Part shown: positions 37,577-45,489 of the stretch, piece by piece
Layout: each line of letters starts with the position of its first letter
Numbering within the stretch: the stretch's first letter is position 1
Origin: Trueperaceae bacterium
Lineage (GTDB): Bacteria; Deinococcota; Deinococci; Deinococcales; Trueperaceae
Assembly (NCBI GenBank): GCA_965215565.1
Contig: CBDCDZ010000004.1
Location: forward strand, 32,001 to 96,000
Direction of reading: 5' to 3'
DNA length: 64,000 bases
Notes under the pieces: model-generated
Told to the model about the DNA's origin: nothing
The model's input: the letters and a program-made list of their open reading frames with translations, nothing else
Databases searched by the model: none
Position numbers and translations under genes: made by a program

Positions 37577-39318
37577 TACGCCTTTCTCTTTACCAAGTCG
37601 CGCGTTGGCTGCGCTGACGCGGTTTGGTCCGGCGTGGTCGCTGGCTGAGCGGGGCGTGCGTCAATCGCCTTTAGCGCACTCTCGAGCGACAAGTGAGCGA
37701 CCCGCTCACCAAACGTCTCATACCAGCCCGCTTTAGTCGCTAGGTCGCGCACCGGACCCTTCATCCCGGCAATGCGAACGGTGACGCCCTGTGCTGCAAG
37801 CTCTTTCATCCGTACCTCCAACGTATCGAGCGCTACCGCGTCCACGCCGTTGACCGCCGAGAAGTCCAGGATGATGTGCTTGACGTTAGGTAGATCAGTG
37901 GCGGTACCGTCTAGGAGGTTCTCCAGGTAAGCCATGTTCGCGAAGTAGAGTGCCGCGTCCACTCTAAGGATGCACACGCCTGAAAAGGTTTGCGCCTCAG
38001 GGTAGCGTTTAACGTTTCTAAAGACCTCTTTCTCGGGTAGATAGCCGAGTTCCGCCGTATGCGGATAGGCGCTGCGCCAGACGAACACCAGCAGGCTGAA
38101 GCCTACTCCGATGAGGATGCCGGTCTCGACGCCCAAAATGAGCGTGCCGACAAAGGTGACGAGGAGCGTCCAGCCGTCCACGGGTTTAAGTCTAAAGAGG
38201 TGCACGGGTTCTTTCACGTCGATGAGCCCGAAGACCGCCACCATGACAATCGCAGCTAAAACTGCGTTCGGCAGATAGTAGAAGAGCGGCGTTAGAAAGA
38301 GCAGCGTGAGGATAACGAGCAGCGCGGTGATGATAGACGCAAGCGGCGTTTTCGCGCCTGCTTGATAGTTGACCGCCGTGCGTGAGAACCCCCCGGTCAC
38401 CGGATAGGCGCGAAAGAAGCTTCCAAAGACATTAGCGAGTCCCAAGCCGACCAGCTCGCGGTTGGCGCTCACCTTGTACTTCTCTTTGCTAGCAACAGAC
38501 TTAGCAACCGCGATGGACTCTATAAAGCTGACGAAGGCAATTGTTAGAGCGGTGGGCAAGAGGGCGCGTAGGGACCCTAAGTTTAGAGCAGGCAAGGCAA
38601 AGCCGGGTAGACCTCTCGGCACGTCCCCCACGATGCTGACGCCGTAGGTGTTCAGATTGAAAAGGTAGACCGCTAACGCGCTCACCACCACAACTAGGAG
38701 CGGCGCGGGAAAGCGCTTGGCGTAGCGTTTGAAGAGGAGCAGCGTAAGGATGCTGAGCGCACCAATAGTGAAGGTAATGAGGTTCATCTCGCCGAGGTTG
38801 CGCCCCGCTTCCCACAAAGTTATAAAGACGTTCTCGCTGCGCCCGAGCTGAACGCCTAAGAGATGTTTAAGCTGGCTCAGTCCGATGATCAGCGCCGCCG
38901 CCGAGGTAAAGCCGCTAATGACCGCGTGCGATAAAAAATTGGTGATGAAGCCCGCTCGCATAAGCCCGAGGGCGAACTGTACGACGCCGACCATCAACGC
39001 GAGGAGCGCCGCTAAGGTGATGAATTCGGCGCTGCCCGGCTCGGCTATGAGCGACACGCCCGAGAGCGTGAGAAGCGAGACGATGGCGACGGGACCCACC
39101 GCGAGTTGTTTTGAGCTGCCGAAGAGCGCGTAGATGATTAAAGGAATCGTAGAGGCGTAGAGCCCTGTCACGGGCGGTAAGCCCGCTAGGAGCGCGTACG
39201 CCATCCCCTGCGGCACCAGCATCACCGCGACGACGAGCCCCGCCGTGAGATCGGCAGGGAGGTCGCGTTTGTCGTAGCTTTTGAGCCACCGTAAGGCGGG
39301 TAGTATGGTTTGAATCAT
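37576..39318 (-). CDS. SulP/SLC26 anion permease with STAS domain
   Basis: VPQGMAYALLAGLPPVTGLY, GGFSRTAVN and LYFAN..ILDFSAVNGVD. Confidence 0.95.
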   Translation of the reverse strand: MIQTILPALRWLKSYDKRDLPADLTAGLVVAVMLVPQGMAYALLAGLPPVTGLYASTIPLIIYALFGSSKQLAVGPVAIVSLLTLSGVSLIAEPGSAEFITLAALLALMVGVVQFALGLMRAGFITNFLSHAVISGFTSAAALIIGLSQLKHLLGVQLGRSENVFITLWEAGRNLGEMNLITFTIGALSILTLLLFKRYAKRFPAPLLVVVVSALAVYLFNLNTYGVSIVGDVPRGLPGFALPALNLGSLRALLPTALTIAFVSFIESIAVAKSVASKEKYKVSANRELVGLGLANVFGSFFRAYPVTGGFSRTAVNYQAGAKTPLASIITALLVILTLLFLTPLFYYLPNAVLAAIVMVAVFGLIDVKEPVHLFRLKPVDGWTLLVTFVGTLILGVETGILIGVGFSLLVFVWRSAYPHTAELGYLPEKEVFRNVKRYPEAQTFSGVCILRVDAALYFANMAYLENLLDGTATDLPNVKHIILDFSAVNGVDAVALDTLEVRMKELAAQGVTVRIAGMKGPVRDLATKAGWYETFGERVAHLSLESALKAIDARPAQPATTPDQTASAQPTRDLVKRKA

Positions 39319-39326
39319 TCTACTTA

Positions 39327-40748
39327 TTACACCTGAGCAGGCTCTTGAACACCTTCGGAGATGGGTTTATCCGCATCTTTCCAGGCAGCAAAGCTACCCT
39401 CTAGCTCGAGGAGGTTGTCAAAGCCCGCTTCCCGCAACGCGCTCGCCACGACTGCATTTCTCGCTCCGCTCTGACAATGCGTCACGATAGGACGGTCCTG
39501 GGGTAACTCATTCAGGTTCCACATCACGCGACCGGCGTGAAGTTGATGGGCGTCAGGAATATGTCCACTCGCGTACTCACTGGCCGTGCGCACGTCGAGG
39601 ACAAAGGCGTTATCCATTCCCTCTAATTCGTCCGGGGAAACGCTTTTAACCTCTTCACGTTCCAGTCCCTCTAGCGACGTGACGTAACCCTTCACGTTGT
39701 CAATCCCGACGTAGCTGAGTTTGCCCCGTAGATGGTTCGCTTGCTCTCTATCAGTGGCGAGTAGGGCGATGTCTCGAGTATTTTTTTCAGGGTCGATGAC
39801 ATACGAGGCGAAGGTGGCAAAGCTCTTACCCGCAGTGATGTTGACAGCCCCTTTGATTGCGTCTTTCTTAAAGGTGTCAGCGGCGCGGGTGTCGATGAAG
39901 AGGAGGTTGTCACCGATGCGTGAAGCGACGTCTTCGGGATTAACGTGTTTCAAGTCGTCTCGCTCCCCCAGGAGTGCCGGACCCTCCTTGTTCTGCCGCT
40001 TCATCCGGTTAAAGTATTTAGGCGCGTCGGGTTGACCTTCTAAAAGCGCCTCTACGAAACCTCCCTCGTCGTCATTCTTTACAAAGGTTGCCCACCAGGA
40101 GAAGGTGTGCTCGTAGCCGACTGTCGTACTCGCCACTGCGCCTAGCGACTTGCCGCAGGCGCTCCCAGCGCCGTGACCGGGCCACACTTGCACGTAATCG
40201 GGCAAGCTCATAAAGGTAGTTTTCAAGCTATGAAAGAGCCGCTTAGCTCCCTCAAAGCGACTGTCCGTGCTGAACGTCGCTTCGTCTAAGAGGTCGGGGC
40301 GACCTACATCGCTGGCAAACACGAAGTCGCCTGTTAGAAAGAAACCGGGCTCATCCGCCTGTGCGCCGTCCGTGACTAAAAACGAGAGGTGTTCGGGCGT
40401 GTGACCGGGGGTGTGGACCGCTTCTAAGGTGACATTACCTAACGTAATTTTGTCGCCGTCATAGAGTTCAGTGTTGCCGAACATGTATTTCCAGTCGGCG
40501 TCGCCCTCGTCGGAGAGGTAAAGCGTCGCCCCGGTTGCGCTGCTAAGTTCGCGCGAACCCGAGAGGAAGTCCGCGTGGATGTGAGTCTCGGTGACTGCGA
40601 CGATCTTCATATTGTTAGCTTCAGCCTCGTCCAGGTAGACCTGAACATCGCGGCGCGGGTCGATCACGACAGCTTCCCCTGTTTGCTGACAGCCGATGAG
40701 GTAACTCCCTTGAGCTAGGTCTTCGTCGTAAAAGTGTTTGAAGTACAT
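39327..40748 (-). CDS. MBL-fold persulfide dioxygenase-rhodanese fusion (CstB-like)
   Basis: THIHADFLSG, HTPGHTPEH, PGHGAGSACG and two rhodanese domains, the last with CQSGAR. Confidence 0.9.
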   Translation of the reverse strand: MYFKHFYDEDLAQGSYLIGCQQTGEAVVIDPRRDVQVYLDEAEANNMKIVAVTETHIHADFLSGSRELSSATGATLYLSDEGDADWKYMFGNTELYDGDKITLGNVTLEAVHTPGHTPEHLSFLVTDGAQADEPGFFLTGDFVFASDVGRPDLLDEATFSTDSRFEGAKRLFHSLKTTFMSLPDYVQVWPGHGAGSACGKSLGAVASTTVGYEHTFSWWATFVKNDDEGGFVEALLEGQPDAPKYFNRMKRQNKEGPALLGERDDLKHVNPEDVASRIGDNLLFIDTRAADTFKKDAIKGAVNITAGKSFATFASYVIDPEKNTRDIALLATDREQANHLRGKLSYVGIDNVKGYVTSLEGLEREEVKSVSPDELEGMDNAFVLDVRTASEYASGHIPDAHQLHAGRVMWNLNELPQDRPIVTHCQSGARNAVVASALREAGFDNLLELEGSFAAWKDADKPISEGVQEPAQV

Positions 40749-40803
40749 AGTGTGCTTTCCTTTCGGTGTGTTCTAGTTCAGCCTATCTTCTATCTTTATC
40801 TTA

Positions 40804-40820
40804 ATACCCCGTCAGGGTAT
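40804..40820. promoter_or_regulatory. Second CsoR/CstR-type operator
   Basis: ATACCC-cgtca-GGGTAT, the same 6-5-6 core as at 36171-36187. Confidence 0.7.
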
Positions 40821-40995
40821 AAAGCAAGAATAAAAACATCTCAGATATATTAAAATGTAATAGCAGGTGAGCGTATGCAGATGGGTTCGCGCCTTTTACA
40901 TTCAATTTAAGGGCGAGTTGCAACCCTTACGCGCTCGCAGACTTGGGAAACTGGACAACGAAACGGAAAATAATGTAGCAGAGGAAGGAGGTTGC

Positions 40996-41946
40996 GTGCC
41001 GAACCAAGACGCGAAACCCAACACCCTGAAAGCTGAACATCTACTCACCTTCTGTGAGGTCGCTAAGCACGGCAGCGTGAGTGGCGCGGCTGCGCGGTTG
41101 GGGCTGAGTCAACCGGCGGTGAGTCGCCAACTCGCCAGCCTCCAGAGCAGCGTGGGTCGGCCGCTCTACGCGCGCACCTCTTACGGGGTGCATCTCACCC
41201 AGGCAGGACGCGACTTGCTCCCTTATGCGTGCAGCGTAGCGGGTGCACTCCAGCGTACCCGCGACTACGTATATGGCAGCGAGGACGAAAGCCCGCTCAC
41301 CTTGCGCCTCGGCTTGAGCCACCACCTCGTGACGCGCTACACGGGGTCGATACTTAGGGCCGCTAGAACGTACACACAGGAGACGGGGCCGCTGCACGTG
41401 CACCTCGTCGAAGGGTACTCTGCGCAGCTTACCGAGCAAGTCTTAAATCAGCAGCTTAGCGCGGCGCTCGTCTTGGGTGCACCGCAGGAGGTACCCGAAA
41501 CGCTCTACAGCCGCCGTCTCGGTGAAGACGACATCTGTTTGCTGACTCTGCCCGACGACCCGGTCGCCGAACAAGCCTCCGTACCGCTCGCTACTATCGA
41601 GGGTGAGACGCTCATCGTGTCCTCGGACGTGTCGCGCGTCTACCGAACAGTCCAGCAGGACTTAGCGGCAGCCCGCGTTCAGCCCGGTCGCGTGTTAGAG
41701 GTCAGCGGTCCGGCGGCGGTGCGCACAGCAGTGATGGCAGGTCAGGGTGTCGGGGTGACCTTGCGCTCATTTGTGAAACCCGAAGCTGAGGCGGGGTGGC
41801 TCAAATGTGTGGGTTTAGAGGAGGATGGGTTTGTCATTCAGGTGAGTTTGGTAACTTCAGACCTCAGGGCGCAAACGCTGAGGGCACGTCAGGCTTTAGA
41901 GGCGCTTCTTCCGGAAAGTCATCCTAGCGTACCGGCGCGGCGTTGA
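40996..41946 (+). CDS. LysR-family transcriptional regulator
   Basis: GSVSGAAARLGLSQPAVSRQL..LTQAG; start GTG 40996 after AGGAGG. Confidence 0.92.
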   Translation: MPNQDAKPNTLKAEHLLTFCEVAKHGSVSGAAARLGLSQPAVSRQLASLQSSVGRPLYARTSYGVHLTQAGRDLLPYACSVAGALQRTRDYVYGSEDESPLTLRLGLSHHLVTRYTGSILRAARTYTQETGPLHVHLVEGYSAQLTEQVLNQQLSAALVLGAPQEVPETLYSRRLGEDDICLLTLPDDPVAEQASVPLATIEGETLIVSSDVSRVYRTVQQDLAAARVQPGRVLEVSGPAAVRTAVMAGQGVGVTLRSFVKPEAEAGWLKCVGLEEDGFVIQVSLVTSDLRAQTLRARQALEALLPESHPSVPARR

Positions 41947-42066
41947 TAAGGACCCTGTGATACGGCTTCCGTTTAATTTTAGCTACATTTCTCAGCCTCA
42001 ATCTACTCAGAAGATAGCGAGGTGGCGAAACTTAAAGCGCTCTACTGCGTGGTTAGCTAGGGTTCT

Positions 42067-43068
42067 ATGGTCAGCGCTTTAATGGGTTTCCTAGGTCTCG
42101 CCCTACTCGTGGTAACACTCTTCGATATCGTTAAAACGACGCTGGTCTTCACGCGCACAGGCGGACCAATCACACACCGCTTGTCGCGCACGCTCTGGCG
42201 GCTCTTTCACCGCCGCGCCCTCGAGCATAAGCGCACCGCCCGCTACCTCGGTCCGAGCATCTTACTGAGCATCGTCGTCACCTGGCTGCTTCTCTCCTGG
42301 CTGAGTTGGACGCTCATCTTCATGGCGTCACCAAACGCGGTTGTGAGCGCTCAGAGCATGGAACCCGCAAGCTTCGCGCAAAGGGCTTACTTCGCAGGCT
42401 TTAGCCTCTTCACCTTGGGGATAGGCGACTACATTCCTAAGGGTACCCTGTGGCAACTTTTGAGCGTGATCAGTTCGGCGCAAGGCTTCTTCGTCATTAC
42501 GCTAGCCATCACCTTCCTGACGCCTGTAATCTCCTCGGTGACGCAGCGGCGGCAGCTCGCGAGCCAACTGACCTTTATGGGCAAACGCGCTCAAGATATT
42601 CTCGTGCACGCTTGGAACGGTGGGGCTTTTGGCACGTTGGAGAGCCGCCTCCTCTCGCTCGCGCCGCTGCTCGTGCAGCTCGTGCAGCGGCACTTCTCCT
42701 ACCCCGTGTTGCACTTCTTCGTCGAGCGTGAAAGGCGCATCTCTATCGAGCCCGCTGTTGTGGCGCTCAATGAAGCGTTACTGCTTTTGGAGGTGGCGGT
42801 GAGCCCGGACGTGGGGGTTGACTATGCGGTGCTTGACGACGTGCGGCAGGCGATCGCGGCTTATTTGGATACATTAGAGGATGAACACCTCAAAGCGGCG
42901 GACGAGGTTCCGCCTGTGCCTTCGCCGGACCGCTTGAAAGAAGCGGGCATCCCCCTTGTTGAGGGTTACAAAGCTGCACTGGTCAACCACGAGCGACGCC
43001 GCAGACTGTTAGGGGCACTCCTCGCGCATAGCGGGCGGCGCTACGAACAAGTAGTCGTTACGAAATAG
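42067..43068 (+). CDS. Two-TM/pore ion channel (Ion_trans_2-like) protein
   Basis: YFAGFSLFTLGIGDYIP pore-loop motif; HFSYPVLHFF. Confidence 0.8.
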   Translation: MVSALMGFLGLALLVVTLFDIVKTTLVFTRTGGPITHRLSRTLWRLFHRRALEHKRTARYLGPSILLSIVVTWLLLSWLSWTLIFMASPNAVVSAQSMEPASFAQRAYFAGFSLFTLGIGDYIPKGTLWQLLSVISSAQGFFVITLAITFLTPVISSVTQRRQLASQLTFMGKRAQDILVHAWNGGAFGTLESRLLSLAPLLVQLVQRHFSYPVLHFFVERERRISIEPAVVALNEALLLLEVAVSPDVGVDYAVLDDVRQAIAAYLDTLEDEHLKAADEVPPVPSPDRLKEAGIPLVEGYKAALVNHERRRRLLGALLAHSGRRYEQVVVTK

Positions 43069-43390
43069 CTTTCGGCAGGTCCTTGCGCTGCTCCTCGTTA
43101 CGGCGCATACGCGCCTCGATCACGAACGGTCCGAACGGTAGCACGGCGGCGATGAACGCAGCCGCGAACCAGGTGAAGGGCCAGCGGTTGTCGAGCATGA
43201 GATGAAAAGCAGCTATGATGTAGAGGATGAAGAGCACTCCGTGTGCCATCCCGACGACCTCGACGACCTCCGGGATGCCTGCGAGGTATTTGAGGGGCAT
43301 AGCGACACCTAAGAGCACGAGAAAGGAAACGCCTTCGGTGAGGCTGAGAAGTCGGAAACGCGCTAAAGAGTTGTATATGAACCGTGTCAT
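43058..43390 (-). CDS. DUF3817-family membrane protein
   Basis: EGVSFLVLLGVAMPLKY, GMAHGVLFILY and LPFGPF. Confidence 0.88.
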   Translation of the reverse strand: MTRFIYNSLARFRLLSLTEGVSFLVLLGVAMPLKYLAGIPEVVEVVGMAHGVLFILYIIAAFHLMLDNRWPFTWFAAAFIAAVLPFGPFVIEARMRRNEEQRKDLPKAIS

Positions 43391-43960
43391 CTCCTACAAG
43401 TTTATCGGCAGATGGCGCGAGCAAGCCAGGGACAAAACGCCCGTGCGGAGGTCGCCGAGCAGCTTTATACGGCTTTTACACGCGGAAGATATACCTGAAC
43501 GATGCCGAATAAGCCGAACATGACAACCGTGGGGTCGAGTAGCTCCGGGTTGGGACCAAAGTCGGACTCGCCCAGCTCGCTGATATAGAAGTCTTTGCCC
43601 TCTTCAGCGTTCCAGTCGCGTAAGGTTGCCCCAAATAGCTGCCGCGCGGCGCTGATGATTTGTTCGCGTGCGGCGTCTCTTTGCCCATCTTTGGCGAGCA
43701 CGTTAAGGGTGTCGCTGTCGCCACTATTCCTTCAACTCGCTCTCCGTGCTAGGTTATAGGTGTTGCTTGGGCTTCCTTGCTCTCGAGCTTCAGGGCATCC
43801 TTAGCCTTCCACTTCGTTGGGGAGAGGGTGACCCGGCGCAAAGGTAGAAATGCCTCATCAAGCTCTGCCGAGGCTACCTATTGTAGAACGACCTAATATT
43901 TTGTCGCTGGCTTGCCTCCTTTGCGCGAGGACGTACTTGGTCTAGGATGCTCAGCAAAAT

Positions 43961-44983
43961 AGACCCGTTCCCTAATAGAGGAAAAAGCTGCTAAGCTGAA
44001 GCGATGCTAGGGAAGGTAAGAGATGAACGGCAACTCAAAGCGCTGATAGGGATGTCGAAAGAGAAGTTTGCTGCTTTGGCAGCAGTGTTTGCGAAGATAT
44101 CTCAGGCTGAGCGGTAACAGGCTTATGAACAAGGACGCAAGCAGCGTAGGCCGGGCGGGGGACAGAAAGGCAAGCTGCCTAGCGCTGAGGCGAAGCTGTT
44201 TTTTGTGCTTTACTACTTCAAGAACTACCCGACGTTTGACGTGTTGGGGACGCACTTTGATGAACTAGGCCCAACGGGCCGGGCTTTGCCCGTTCTATAT
44301 GGCGCGTTCGAAAGCCTGTGAGAACGTGCATAAGCTGACGCCTTTGCTACACAAGACCTTAGCGGAGCTAGGCGTGTTGCCTGAGCGCGAGTTTGCTAAC
44401 GCTGAAGCGTTCAAAGCGGCATTAGCAGAAGCCGATATAGACCAGCTACTCGTTGATGTCACCGAGCGTCTGTGCCAGCGTCCGAGCGACGATGAGAAAC
44501 AGCGCGAGCACTATAGTGGTAAAAAAAGCGCCACACTCTGAAGAACACGCTGTTGTCGTCAGCGAGCAAAGCTATCCTTTTCGTCGGTCAGACCTTTGCA
44601 GGTAAAACGCACGACTAGACCATGTTCAAAAGCGAGTTCCCGCCTGAGCAAGCGTGGTTTGTCGGTACAGAGGTTCTACTTGACCTAGGTTACCAGGGTG
44701 TCCAGAGCGACTATCAGGGCGAGCATATCTCTATCCCTCACAAGAAACCGCGCAAGAGTAAGAAGAACCCTAACCCCCAACTGAGCCCTGAACAAAAGCG
44801 AGAAAACCGCGCCCTAGCTAAGCTCAGAGTCTTTATCGAACATGCGATAGGTGGTCTCAAGCGCTATCAAATCCTCGTTGCCCCTTACCGCAACCGTAAA
44901 GATGACTTCGAAGATGATGTGCTAGTCATTGCTGCTGGTCTATGGAACTTCTGGCTTCAATGAGACTATTGGGGAACAGGTCT
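43961..44983 (+). mobile_element. IS5-family (ISL2-like) element, inactivated
   Basis: 18-bp TIRs AGACCCGTTCCCTAATAG and CTATTGGGGAACAGGTCT (2 mismatches) with AAT on both flanks. Motifs YPTFDVLG, YSGKK at an A7 run, DLGYQG and RVFIEHAIGGLK. In-frame TAA near 44115 and a 37-nt insertion. Confidence 0.9.
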
Positions 44984-44997
44984 AATGGTGATAAACC

Positions 44998-45222
44998 ATG
45001 ACAACTTAAACCCTCACCGCAAAAATCTCCGCCATACTCGGCGAACTGCCCCCCGAGCAGCAGCGCGAAGTTCTGGAATTCGCCCGCTCTCTAAAGCCTC
45101 AACCAAGAGGTGTGAAAGGTGCGTCGTTGCTCGCTTTTTCGGGCAGCATCGAACTTGATGAGCTTGTCCAGATGCAACAAGCTATTGAAGAAGGGTGCGA
45201 GCACACAGACGTTGATGAGTGA
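44998..45222 (+). pseudogene. Antitoxin-like gene with a nonsense codon at position 4
   Basis: MTT*TLTAKISAILGELPPEQQREVLEFARSL..; overlaps the start of a PIN gene. Confidence 0.6.
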
Positions 45223-45325
45223 TAGGGTTCTGCTCGACACCAATATCATCATCGCGCTCTTTGCTGGAAACGAAGAGGTCATCCGACAACTTGCAGAAGT
45301 AGAGGAAGTGTTCGTCTTCGTGTGA
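45215..45325 (+). pseudogene. VapC/PIN toxin N-terminal fragment
   Basis: MSDRVLLDTNIIIALF, then a stop after 36 aa. Confidence 0.75.
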
Positions 45326-45489
45326 GCGCCTCTACTCGTCTTGCCGCTGTCCCGAACGCACTGCTTGATTCGAGTGAGGCGTATGGGCACAACCTTCAGG
45401 CGCTTCAGCTAGTGGTGTCCAATCCCTCACTGCTGTAAACTATCAATGTGGTTCATTTCACATCTTGGTGGACACTATAAGGAGGTAAG

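Noticed and set aside
43122..43139. CGAACGG occurrences inside coding genes (also near 16136, 16513, 45588, 58841)
   Set aside because: No preceding hairpin was seen and the proteins read normally through them, so they are not micro-insertions.
43465..43724. Short ORFs upstream of the DUF3817 gene
   Set aside because: Possibly a gene remnant, but no family could be recognised.
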